Origin: a virus
Lineage: Duplodnaviria > Caudoviricetes
DNA: 64,000 nt
Strand: one strand, 5' to 3'
Virus record (IMG/VR): IMGVR_UViG_3300044608_000251
Location: 1,395-65,394 of that record
Positions 48,267 through 57,167 of the stretch are shown here, in pieces; position 1 is the first letter of the stretch; every line of letters begins with the position of its first letter. Under the pieces are notes generated by a model, which was not told where the DNA came from, searched no databases, and saw only the letters and a program-made list of their open reading frames with translations. The translations under genes and the position numbers were made by a program.

Positions 48267-49226
48267 TTAGGCCTCCAATTTTAAAAGTTCACGGACATAT
48301 TGCTCAGGGGTAAGACCAAGTTTTTTAGCTATCGCAACTTGCGATGACTTTAAACGGATCTTTTTCGGTGCTGTCGACCGAGTGGCTGGCGCTACTACCG
48401 TGCTAGGTTTAGCTCTAGGAGTGTCTTCCTTATGCTCTACCTCTACTTCTGGTTCCAAATCCTCAAAATTCTCTGGAAACCTTTTTCGCATCGTCCGGTC
48501 CAACGTAGCGTAATACTCATCAGAACCAATTGCAGCACCCTGTCTTTTCAGCTTCTCATGGAGTCCAAGAGCTGCTGCCGTCATTTCTTCATCCTGTCCG
48601 AACCAAGAGTTTTGACGTTGCCAATTGTTTAGTTTGGCATCAGTAGGGGGTTGCTGGTACTGTTGATTAGTTTGTACCTCAAAATTCTCTTCTTGTAAAG
48701 GGGCTGGAGCAAAGTTTTTAGCATTCTCCATTCCAAGAGTAGCTTGTGTAATCGCTTGCTGCGCCTCTGCCAGAGCATCAGAATCACCTGCATCGTAGGC
48801 TTCTTTGTAGGCTTTTTTAGCCGCAGAGAGCTTTAATTCAGTAGATTCAGTTATTGCTGTGTGCCGTGCTTGCTGATTACTATTTACTAATTCTTTAAAC
48901 TTGCGGTTTTCTGCCAGTAAACGATTAGTTACATCTAGTGCCTCTTGTCGCTCACGTTCAGCAGAATCGGCACGACGACGTTCATCGTTCCAAACACGCT
49001 TCATACGAATTAGCTTATCTTTAGCTTCCTTACTGTACTTATCTAAGTCATCCACTTCAACTTCAAGTGCTTTAACTTTTTCAGGTGTAGTAGGGGTTCT
49101 GCCACGATCTTCTTCGGGTGTATCATCTTCAATCTCAATTTCAAGATCGTCTTCTACGGGTTTACCCTGATCTTCAGTTTCCTGTTCATCGGGGAACTTA
49201 AATTCTTCAGTTTGCATTTCAGCCAT
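48267..49226 (-). CDS. capsid scaffolding protein
   Basis: Acidic coiled coil; NSWFG..EMT; C-terminal IAKKLGL..EQY. Confidence 0.7.
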   Translation of the reverse strand: MAEMQTEEFKFPDEQETEDQGKPVEDDLEIEIEDDTPEEDRGRTPTTPEKVKALEVEVDDLDKYSKEAKDKLIRMKRVWNDERRRADSAERERQEALDVTNRLLAENRKFKELVNSNQQARHTAITESTELKLSAAKKAYKEAYDAGDSDALAEAQQAITQATLGMENAKNFAPAPLQEENFEVQTNQQYQQPPTDAKLNNWQRQNSWFGQDEEMTAAALGLHEKLKRQGAAIGSDEYYATLDRTMRKRFPENFEDLEPEVEVEHKEDTPRAKPSTVVAPATRSTAPKKIRLKSSQVAIAKKLGLTPEQYVRELLKLEA

Positions 49227-49237
49227 GTCCGGCCTCC

Positions 49238-49645
49238 TTAAATAAACTTACGTTTGATGCCACGTGGATCTTCTACTACAGCTTCCACAGAGTCATCGTT
49301 AATGATTCGGAACTCACGGTCGTGAATTACCAAACGGGTGCCCGCATTGGGGCGTACCAAAATAAAATCACCTTGTTTGCACCAGGGACCATTTGGGAAC
49401 CTTACCTTGTCAGCATAGCAATCAGGACCCATATCGACCACGAACAGCACCGTGGTTAATAATTCATCGGCTCTTCTTGTTTCGTCTGACTTAATAATGC
49501 CACTATCAAATGCTTCTTCAGCTTCAGGGATTGCGCAAAGGATGCGATACCCTTGCGGTTTTGGTAGTTGTGATGCTTTTTGTTCTGCTTCTTTATTTAG
49601 CACAGCAGCTAAGTCTACTGCTTGGCTAAGATTCAGATTACTCAT
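49238..49645 (-). CDS. groES: GroES-like co-chaperonin
   Basis: P.GYRIL...SGII...V..MGP...GD..L....AG...R.INDD.V.AVV. Confidence 0.8.
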   Translation of the reverse strand: MSNLNLSQAVDLAAVLNKEAEQKASQLPKPQGYRILCAIPEAEEAFDSGIIKSDETRRADELLTTVLFVVDMGPDCYADKVRFPNGPWCKQGDFILVRPNAGTRLVIHDREFRIINDDSVEAVVEDPRGIKRKFI

Positions 49646-49832
49646 TGTCCGAGTGCTCCATTTTTCGTTTTAGGTCTATGGTTTCCTGCCTTGCAATGAG
49701 AAGACCATGAATCTCACCACAAATTCTTCTGTATTCTGGATAGTCTGCAGCTTGTCCACTTGCTACCCAGTCACGTTTAACAATTACTTCTTTGTCTAGT
49801 ATGTCCACTAGAGCTTCAAAAGCGTCCATCAT
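49638..49832 (-). CDS. hypothetical protein
   Basis: SG.A.DY.EYRR.CG.I.GL; lies between portal and GroES. Confidence 0.65.
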   Translation of the reverse strand: MMDAFEALVDILDKEVIVKRDWVASGQAADYPEYRRICGEIHGLLIARQETIDLKRKMEHSDNE

Positions 49833-52303
49833 TCTCCTTTAGATTTAGGGTTGTTTTGTTTTTGCGCATTAGCCATCAATTGCGTTGCATGTTTCATGCC
49901 ATCGTGCTGTTGTGAAGATTGATGTTTCTCCATATCCACTTGTGTTCTTGCCATTTCTTTTTGTGCGTCCACAGTAATACGTTCACGATCAATCTGTAAT
50001 CTCTCTTGTGCAATCTGTATATCAGCCTGATCTTTAGCGGCTTTACGTTGCTGATCAGCAGCTTTGATCTGTACTTCTTGTTGCTGCATTTGTACAAGTG
50101 GGTCTTGCGCCTGCGCCTGAGCTTGCTGCTGGGCTGCTTGTGCTTTGTTCTGTGTAAGAACTTGTTGGGCTGCTTGGGCAAGTAACGGAGCTAACTGCGC
50201 TTCCATCTCTGGAGGCATATTGACCTGTTCGCCAGATTCGTCTTTCATCGGAGGTAATGCAACGCCAAGTTGCTGCTCAATCTGAACACGGTACTGCATA
50301 CCTAAGTGCTCTTGAATGTGCGCCATTAATGCGGATTCCATTTGCGGCTTCATTGGGCTTTGTTGTACTAAAGATTGAATCTTAGGGTCTTGCGCCATTG
50401 ACATATGAACAGAAATATGTGCTCCGTGGTCTTGAGTTAAGAATGCTTTGACCGGTTTCATCATAAGAATATTTTGGTTCTCACTAACTGGGTCGACCGG
50501 TTTTTGGTCCTCATCCATTGGTATGAGTTTTGACGCATTCTTAATCCCCAGAACGTCGAGCATTTGGCGATGCAAGAGTGGGAGGTTGTATAGCTGGGGA
50601 GCTGTCTGGGCCAACTGAAGAGCTGCTTGGTATTGGACAATCTTTTGCGCCATCGTCGACGCATTGGGATCTGACACCGGTATGACGTCAACATTATCGT
50701 AGTCGCTCTTTTTAGCTCTACGGCTTCCCTCAGTCGGCTCATAGTCATATTCCTCTGGAGTGTATTCAGCAATAATGCCTTTCAAGAGATTTAACTCTTG
50801 CTTTAAGCTGTAGTGGATACGGGCTTGTACAGCGGACATTACCTTAAGAGTGCGCTCCATAATTGCTAATGTTGTCCCAACAGGCGCATTAGCGCTCATA
50901 TCAGAAACCTGCATATCAGCAGTGTTAGCAAAACGACGACCTTCTTCTACGATCTGATTTAACAACGCCATCAATGTCTGACTTGGCTCCTTGTAAGGGA
51001 GAGTCATGATGTTGTCTTTCATCGTACCGCTTGGTACGTCTACATCACGGAATTCACCTGGGGCAATCGGGGTGTCATCACCTTTGACTCGCAAGCCACG
51101 GGTCTTAAAGCCGCCTGGCAAGTTTGCAAGTGACCCTGCGTCAACCAATTGGCGGATAAGGGAAGTACCAGATTTAGCATAAGCGCCGATAAGATGGATA
51201 AGACCAAAATGATAGAAGCCAAAGCCAGGAATATATCCGTAGTGAACAAAGTGTTGACGCTTTTGATAAGTTTCGTCTTCAGGGTTCCAATTACGTCTGA
51301 TAGCAAGAACATTAGTTGTTCCTTTCTCAATAGTTACTACATAAGGTAGACCAATACCGGTCTCTTCGTCCTTAGAGTTCTTGTGTTCAAAACCTGGTAA
51401 GTCCAAGTTTACGTGCATCTCAAGAAGTTTGTACCTGTCATCCGTTGTGGCTTTAAATCCTAACTTTTCAGCTATCTTCTTCTCAACTTCATCTAGTACG
51501 TTTACTGGATCGCCCAGGTCAATATCACGGTAGAACCCATCAATCTGTAACTTCTTAACCTCATTCTCGTTTTTGCGCATTACGTGCGTTACACGCTCAG
51601 CAGCAGCTAAAGAGGCAGCGCCATAAGGAACAACGATGTCCTCGGCTGGTACAAACATTGCTACTTGACGGTTTAAGTTAGGATCAAAATAGACTTTCTT
51701 AAATGCGTTTCCAGCTAAACCTAAACCCCAGAGCATTCTTTCTGTCTCAGGGCGATACTCCTGCATCACGTCGGTTAACTGATAGTTCATATCATCTTGC
51801 ACACGTTGTGCAGCATCTTTTTTCTCTGGTGTTTCTTTACCAACGATCTGTGTCTTTACTGGCCCTGCGGAAGGGAATATTGACATCATTGTTTCTGCTT
51901 GGAACTTCACGATAGCTTCGGACAAGAGTGGGTGATACACACCGCAAGCGCCTTCCCAAGGTTCTGTTCTTTCCTCAATTTTTAATCCGAGGAGTTCTAA
52001 GCCATCTACGTATGTCTGGATCCAGTCTTTACGTGCACTAATATCGGCATCATACTCACCAATTAAATCACCAGCAATTTCTGCCAGAGCACCATCATCA
52101 ATGTATTCGGCTAAGTTAGCATCAAACTTATCAGCGCCTTCTTCATCTTCATCGCCCGGTTCTAGAACAACTTCTAACCCATCCATACCAATAGTTACAG
52201 ACTCTGGATCCTCAATCTCAATTTCAATTGGCGCTTCTTGCGCAGCCAACTCGTCTATACCTACGGGAGCTTCGTAGAGTGCTTTATCAATATTTGTCGC
52301 CAT
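49829..52303 (-). CDS. portal protein (P22-like, long Gln-rich barrel)
   Basis: 824 aa after TerL; HPLL.EA, G.AFKKVY, Gln-rich C-terminal coil. Confidence 0.85.
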   Translation of the reverse strand: MATNIDKALYEAPVGIDELAAQEAPIEIEIEDPESVTIGMDGLEVVLEPGDEDEEGADKFDANLAEYIDDGALAEIAGDLIGEYDADISARKDWIQTYVDGLELLGLKIEERTEPWEGACGVYHPLLSEAIVKFQAETMMSIFPSAGPVKTQIVGKETPEKKDAAQRVQDDMNYQLTDVMQEYRPETERMLWGLGLAGNAFKKVYFDPNLNRQVAMFVPAEDIVVPYGAASLAAAERVTHVMRKNENEVKKLQIDGFYRDIDLGDPVNVLDEVEKKIAEKLGFKATTDDRYKLLEMHVNLDLPGFEHKNSKDEETGIGLPYVVTIEKGTTNVLAIRRNWNPEDETYQKRQHFVHYGYIPGFGFYHFGLIHLIGAYAKSGTSLIRQLVDAGSLANLPGGFKTRGLRVKGDDTPIAPGEFRDVDVPSGTMKDNIMTLPYKEPSQTLMALLNQIVEEGRRFANTADMQVSDMSANAPVGTTLAIMERTLKVMSAVQARIHYSLKQELNLLKGIIAEYTPEEYDYEPTEGSRRAKKSDYDNVDVIPVSDPNASTMAQKIVQYQAALQLAQTAPQLYNLPLLHRQMLDVLGIKNASKLIPMDEDQKPVDPVSENQNILMMKPVKAFLTQDHGAHISVHMSMAQDPKIQSLVQQSPMKPQMESALMAHIQEHLGMQYRVQIEQQLGVALPPMKDESGEQVNMPPEMEAQLAPLLAQAAQQVLTQNKAQAAQQQAQAQAQDPLVQMQQQEVQIKAADQQRKAAKDQADIQIAQERLQIDRERITVDAQKEMARTQVDMEKHQSSQQHDGMKHATQLMANAQKQNNPKSKGE

Positions 52304-52312
52304 TTTTTATCC

Positions 52313-53899
52313 TTAGTAGTAACCTTTATGCTTCTGTGATCTGAACATCTTAATATCCTCTGGCTCATCACTAGGCAATCTAATAAACCCACCTTGTCTG
52401 AACCGCATTAATGCCATTACCGTTGAGTCAACTAAGTCATCATGACTCATAAACGGGAATCCTGCAATTTCCTCTACTACTTCTTCTGCCCACCGAGTCT
52501 CCGGGACCCATACAAGTCCCGATTTGATAATATCAGCTACACTATTAAGCCTAGCTAGCTTATCTCCACTGCCTCTATGCGGTGTATACTCCGAAATTAT
52601 CAGCCCAGTACGCCTTAATTCTTGATAAAGTGCCGTTCCTGCTGACTTTTTCTCCACAATAAACGCATCTGGCTCCCACTCGTTGTACTCATTGAGCGCT
52701 AAATCCTTTAATTCAGGGAATTCTACCCGTTTTTTGATAGAATTTAACAAAATTATGGCGTGTGCACTCGTTTCGTCATTGTAGAACACTCCCCACGTAG
52801 TTATCGCAGTATAATCCGCCCGATTATGGGTTTCGGCTGCAGCGTCTAGGGACATAATCACGTATTCACACTCAGGTGGATTCTCTTTTTTCCACCAATT
52901 CCACCATTCACGCTTAACTACTGAGGCTTCTTCGGCGGTGGGGTTTTGTTGGTATTGAGCGTTCCATTGGAACAGTGGCATAGAAGCCTTAGTTTGACGC
53001 AGAGAGGATAATGGCATCCACTCAGGCCACAAGGCTCGTTCATCTTCTGTATTTTCGTTAAAAATTGCTGGAAACTCGATAACTTCATATTGATCCGCTT
53101 CTTCATTCATGGACATGTCACGTACTACTTTACCCGTTAAGTCATCCATATGCCAGCGAGTCTGCACAATAGCCACTCTACCGCCTGGCATTAGACGTGT
53201 ACGAGCACCATAAGTGAACCATTCGTATGCTTTATCAAAAACGTCGTAGTTTCCGTTAATTATGTCCTGTTCGTTGTGTGGGTCGTCAACCAAAAGTAAG
53301 TCCGCACCACGACCAGCAAGGGCAGAACCAACACCACAAGCATAATACTCCCCACCAGCATTAGTATTCCAACGCCCAGCAGACTTGTTATCTGCCGCAA
53401 GAGAGACTGTTGGAAAAATCTGTTTATATTCAACCCTGTCAATTAAGTTCCTCACCTTCCGTCCAAAGTCCACAGCTAAGTCAGTCGTGTGGGAGACCAT
53501 TAGCACCTTTTTGTCGGGGTACTTACCTAGGAACCATGCCGGAAAGTAAATAGAGACAAGTTGGGATTTACCGTGGCGTGGCGGTATGTTAACGCACCCA
53601 CGTGATTTTTTACCCTCGGCAATATCCATGAGCATATCTGCCAGAATTCTATGGTGCTTACCTACTTTATAGTCAGACTGCATCTTCTTACAGAACTCAA
53701 TGAGGTCCATTTGACAGGCTTTAGCAGAACGTCGGGCTTCTAGCTCTTCTGCAATAACATCAACCTCCATCTGTTCTTCGGGGGAAAAGGCGTCTATGTT
53801 GTCAAATAGGAACTGCAGTTCGCTGTCCGTGAGGGACGTTAAGTCATTAGGATTTTCTTGGGTTTGGTTTTGTTCCAAGCCCTCTGCCACCTCACTCAC
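52313..53899 (-). CDS. terL: terminase large subunit
   Basis: PPRHGKS, LVDDPH, QTRWH, HDDLVD. Confidence 0.92.
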   Translation of the reverse strand: MSEVAEGLEQNQTQENPNDLTSLTDSELQFLFDNIDAFSPEEQMEVDVIAEELEARRSAKACQMDLIEFCKKMQSDYKVGKHHRILADMLMDIAEGKKSRGCVNIPPRHGKSQLVSIYFPAWFLGKYPDKKVLMVSHTTDLAVDFGRKVRNLIDRVEYKQIFPTVSLAADNKSAGRWNTNAGGEYYACGVGSALAGRGADLLLVDDPHNEQDIINGNYDVFDKAYEWFTYGARTRLMPGGRVAIVQTRWHMDDLTGKVVRDMSMNEEADQYEVIEFPAIFNENTEDERALWPEWMPLSSLRQTKASMPLFQWNAQYQQNPTAEEASVVKREWWNWWKKENPPECEYVIMSLDAAAETHNRADYTAITTWGVFYNDETSAHAIILLNSIKKRVEFPELKDLALNEYNEWEPDAFIVEKKSAGTALYQELRRTGLIISEYTPHRGSGDKLARLNSVADIIKSGLVWVPETRWAEEVVEEIAGFPFMSHDDLVDSTVMALMRFRQGGFIRLPSDEPEDIKMFRSQKHKGYY

Positions 53900-54527
53900 T
53901 ATCTTTATCCTTTACTTCTACAACTTCTACAACTTCTACTTCCTCTACTTCTTCCAGACCCAGCTCTTTGTCTAAGTCAATGACCTCGCCGTTCATCTTG
54001 ACGGTGTTTACATCTTCTATTTCGGGATGCATTAACCGTTGTATTTTTGCACGTAGCGACGACGTAAGATCTTGTGTGGAGCGATGGTTGATGGTTACTT
54101 CGGATTTTTCGGTAAATAAACCAACGTCTGTGATCTTACCCAGCAGTTCTAATGCCCGAATGCGCACACGTGGATCATCGTTGTTTGAATCCAACAATAG
54201 CTTGTTTGTTACCAGGAGCCGAATCTGGAGTGCATTGTCTACGACACGAATACTAAATTCATCTAGTAGCGACTTTACGTGACCATAGGTTGCCGGTCTA
54301 ATCTGGGGGGCTTTCTTAACAAGAACCTTATTTGCCTTGGGTTCGTTCTCTGCTATCTCATATAGCATCTGCTCCGCCTCTACCTTATCTTCTTCTGTAG
54401 GGGTCGTATCTAATCCCAGCAGTTCTGCTGTTTTGCAAGCTGCCTCTGCTCGTTCTCTAAAGTCAGTCAACTTTAGATTTTCACTTGGCATTGGTATAGC
54501 CAAATCAGGTTCAATTTGTAGTTGCAT
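53892..54527 (-). CDS. putative terminase small subunit
   Basis: Directly upstream of TerL; RIRALELLGK...LF motif. Confidence 0.6.
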   Translation of the reverse strand: MQLQIEPDLAIPMPSENLKLTDFRERAEAACKTAELLGLDTTPTEEDKVEAEQMLYEIAENEPKANKVLVKKAPQIRPATYGHVKSLLDEFSIRVVDNALQIRLLVTNKLLLDSNNDDPRVRIRALELLGKITDVGLFTEKSEVTINHRSTQDLTSSLRAKIQRLMHPEIEDVNTVKMNGEVIDLDKELGLEEVEEVEVVEVVEVKDKDSE

Positions 54528-54600
54528 CGGGTCCCGGTCCAGACGTTGATGATGGATGGATTATATATTAAGTTTTTGTACTGTGTTGTTTTTTTGTATG

Positions 54601-54679
54601 TGTATAGTTTTTGCAGTTTTTTATACATGTGGGTTTTGATATGTATAGTTTTTGTAGTTTTTTATACATGTAGGTTTTG
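54601..54679. repeat. 38-bp direct repeat x2 with phased T-tracts
   Basis: TGTATAGTTTTTG(C/T)AGTTTTTTATACATGT(G/A)GGTTTTG at 54601 and 54642. Confidence 0.8.
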
Positions 54680-54879
54680 TGTTGCTGCCCGGATTGCCCA
54701 GGTTTTTACTCAAAAAGCCAATTACCGAGCGCCATACAACACTAGGTTTTACAAGGCTGCCAGGCCGAAAGTTCCCGAACGGGACATAAAAATTTTTAGG
54801 GCTAGGTACTTAAAAAGTATAAGGGGGGTGTTCTCGCAGGTGAGTATCTGCTTACCCCCCAGTTTTATTAAAGAAGTCT

Positions 54880-55011
54880 TTATTTAGTTTTAGCTGTATT
54901 AAAGAACTCTTTAGTTGATGTGAGCACGGAGTTAATCCAGAACTCGTTTACTTCTTGAATACGCTTTGCCAATTCTTCGAACTGCTTGGTTTGTTTAGTG
55001 AAATCAAACAT
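54880..55011 (-). CDS. 43-aa amphipathic, phasin-like protein
   Basis: AAAGGA RBS; MFDFTKQTKQFEELAKRIQEVNEFWINSVLTSTKEFFNTAKTK*; has its own promoter. Confidence 0.6.
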   Translation of the reverse strand: MFDFTKQTKQFEELAKRIQEVNEFWINSVLTSTKEFFNTAKTK

Positions 55012-55052
55012 GGTTTTTCCTTTAAGTTAGTGAGGTTCCGTTTGGGAACCTT

Positions 55053-55103
55053 TGTTGCGGTGCAACATATGTGTAGTATATAACACAAAAAAATTTTTGC
55101 CTA
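55053..55103 (-). promoter_or_regulatory. sigma70 promoter with a PhaR-type palindrome at the start site
   Basis: TAGGCA-17-TATACT, then TGTTGC-ACC-GCAACA (55053-55067). Confidence 0.55.
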
Positions 55104-55405
55104 GGTACTTACTTTTTCCTACACGTTTTTACTTTTCCTTACAATCCGGCGTTTTTGTAAAGTTTTTACTTTGTTTTTGCCTTGGAATTTACTCTGTTTT
55201 TATTAAAGTTTCATGCACTTTTTTGTTGTAAGTTCTTGATATATAAAATTTTTTTGCCTAGGTACTTAGAAAACATGACGGGGGGTGTTTTTGTTAAAAC
55301 GTAAAAACTCAGTATTGCTCGTACGTAATAGCAAACTATGTAGTGCGGGGGACTCCTAAGCTGTAGCGTGGGTATGGGGGGTTGCTGGTAGCCTGTCAAG
55401 GTTTG

Positions 55406-55452
55406 CTGTAACCTTACAGCTATTGACAAATAATACCATATGATGTTATACT
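55406..55452 (+). promoter_or_regulatory. strong early promoter with adjacent 14-bp operator
   Basis: CTGTAACCTTACAG (55406-55419), TTGACA (55423), TG-T-TATACT (55444-55452). Confidence 0.7.
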
Positions 55453-55565
55453 GTATTTAATGGTTGAGGTTGTAAAACGGTTGCAAGGTTTCACCTAGTA
55501 GCTACTCAAGCAGATTATTTCTTTAATAACCTAAGCAGTAAATTAATATCTCGAAAGGATATATC

Positions 55566-56150
55566 ATGCCTCAAGTAAATAAAGATGTGCCTGTAGTATT
55601 GTTCGCCCCTTTGAACGCTGACGAAAGCCAGCACATTGTAAGCTGGAGCGGTATGGCTGACAATGAGCGGGATAGTAAAAACAAGTTGGTTGATGTATTT
55701 GTAGCCAATAAGCGTTTACCCTCTCACTTCATCGGGTTTGCTAAAGATGAAAGCGATGCTGGTGCTATCAAGTTGCGTGATAGTATTGTGCTCAATATCA
55801 TCAAGGGCTGGAAAAACAACGGCGATGCGCTTAAATTGTTTAAAGCTGATACGGCTAGTTTAGATGTTAAACAGCAAGCTGATCAGGCTTTTTATAAGGA
55901 TAAGTATCAAACCGATTATTACAATTTCCGTAAAGCTTTCAATACCCGCTTTGAAAAATCACAAGCTGGTGCGACTGCTGGAAAAAGTAAGCCAGCAAAG
56001 GATGACGTTCAGGCTTTGCGCTTAATCAATCAGGCAATTAAAAAGCTGACTGAAATCAAAGCGGGTTATGCTGGAATTGCTGATGATATTAAAGCTCTTA
56101 AAGCTCTAAATATCAAAACCAAAGTAATCGATCCAAACCCACCAAAGTAA
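55566..56150 (+). CDS. first early gene, hypothetical
   Basis: 194 aa, AAAGGA RBS, monocistronic between promoter and terminator. Confidence 0.75.
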   Translation: MPQVNKDVPVVLFAPLNADESQHIVSWSGMADNERDSKNKLVDVFVANKRLPSHFIGFAKDESDAGAIKLRDSIVLNIIKGWKNNGDALKLFKADTASLDVKQQADQAFYKDKYQTDYYNFRKAFNTRFEKSQAGATAGKSKPAKDDVQALRLINQAIKKLTEIKAGYAGIADDIKALKALNIKTKVIDPNPPK

Positions 56151-56170
56151 TCTGTAAGATTACACTCAAC

Positions 56171-56197
56171 AAACCACCCTTCGGGGTGGTTTTTTTT
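56171..56197 (+). terminator. intrinsic terminator
   Basis: AAACCACCC-TTCG-GGGTGGTTT plus T-run. Confidence 0.85.
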
Positions 56198-56230
56198 CGC
56201 TCTGATTTTGTGCGTCGCACAATAACTTAG

Positions 56231-56440
56231 CCTGTAACTTTACAGGGAATGATGCCAGTGACTTTGAGCAGCATGTAGCATAGGGTTGAGTTGTGCAGAG
56301 TTCTTATTGGTTGTATGTGTTGGGTTGTTATGTGGAGTTCTGTAAAATCGGCTTGATAAGATTTGATAGGCTGTGTCCTGTAAAGTTACAGCGAACGATG
56401 CCAGTGACTTTAATTGGCGTGTAGCACAGGGTTGGGGTTG
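56231..56440. repeat. about 60-bp imperfect direct repeat x2, each beginning with the operator
   Basis: CCTGTAA..TTACAG.GAA.GATGCCAGTGACTTT...GC.TGTAGCA.AGGGTTG at 56231 and 56377. Confidence 0.75.
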
Positions 56441-56470
56441 ATTTTGTAAAACATAGGGTATTCCCTACCT

Positions 56471-56735
56471 AATGTTCGGTTTTGACTTGCAATGTTCTTG
56501 GTAAAGTTCTTTTGTAAGTCCTTGATTATTAAGTAATGTTCGTAAAGTTCGTAAAGTTCGGTCGTTTTTTTGAATGAGTCCAGCAACGACTGATAAAAAA
56601 CTAAAACTTACTTTTACCCCCCAAAATTGTTTTTGGCACCATTGCCTAAAAAGGGCAGAACTTTACGAACATTCCGAACTTATCAATATATTCATATACT
56701 TATAACTACTCCAAATAAGAACTAATAAGAACTTT
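56471..56735. other. candidate replication origin (inverted iteron arrays)
   Basis: AA(T/A)GTTC repeats on the left, GAAC(T/A)TT on the right; perfect 16-bp IR 56535-56550/56658-56673; IHF-consensus match at 56515-56527. Confidence 0.5.
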
Positions 56736-56775
56736 TATTCTTTAATACAATATGATACTCTTAGATACCAAAACC

Positions 56776-56804
56776 TTGACTTTGTCAAGCTGATAGCGTA
56801 TAAT
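56776..56804 (+). promoter_or_regulatory. sigma70 early promoter
   Basis: TTGACT-17-TATAAT; the -35 lies in the palindrome CTTGAC-TTT-GTCAAG. Confidence 0.8.
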
Positions 56805-56807
56805 ATA

Positions 56808-56927
56808 AGAAGTTAGTAGAAGTTAGTAGAAGTTATTTTTAGATGTAATGTAATAGTATTAGGTAATATGTAGTAGACTTTATCAACAACCGCAACATTC
56901 ACAACATTCACAACATTCACAACATTC
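56808..56927 (+). repeat. short tandem repeats in an early 5' UTR
   Basis: AGAAGTTAGT about x2.8 (56808-56835); CAACATTCA about x4 (56893-56927). Confidence 0.85.
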
Positions 56928-56951
56928 GCTGTAACCTTACAGGAGATTTAT

Positions 56952-57167
56952 ATGTCACAAGTAAAGAAGTACATCCCACGTTGTATGCAATGTGGCGAGG
57001 TCTATGACCTAAACCGTCTGCACCTAGGCTATACCTTCTGCCTACCATGCGGTGACGAAATCGCTAAAGAACGCAAGTTCACCATCGCACCCCTCAACAA
57101 GTCTAACTATGTCTGCATTACCGACTTGACTATGTTAAAGCAACTTAACCCTAAGAGGACAACATGA
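56952..57167 (+). CDS. DksA/TraR-like C4 zinc-finger protein
   Basis: CMQCGE....RL.LGY..CLPC. Confidence 0.55.
   Translation: MSQVKKYIPRCMQCGEVYDLNRLHLGYTFCLPCGDEIAKERKFTIAPLNKSNYVCITDLTMLKQLNPKRTT

Larger units (their letters stand above)
54788..55289. repeat. three copies of AAAATTTTT...CTAGGTACTTA
   Basis: Core at 54802, 55101 and 55258; copies 1 and 3 followed by GGGGGGTGTT (54823, 55280). Confidence 0.75.

Noticed and set aside
5867-53899. Inteins, introns or stop-codon recoding in polA, helicase and terL
   Set aside because: ORFs are uninterrupted, of normal length, and densely packed under the standard code
54522-54887. 121-aa + strand ORF from the track
   Set aside because: It runs through T-tract repeats, lacks an RBS and opposes the local gene direction
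55460-55512. tRNA-like or structured element in the first early leader
   Set aside because: Only short weak hairpins; no T-loop or acceptor stem is recognisable
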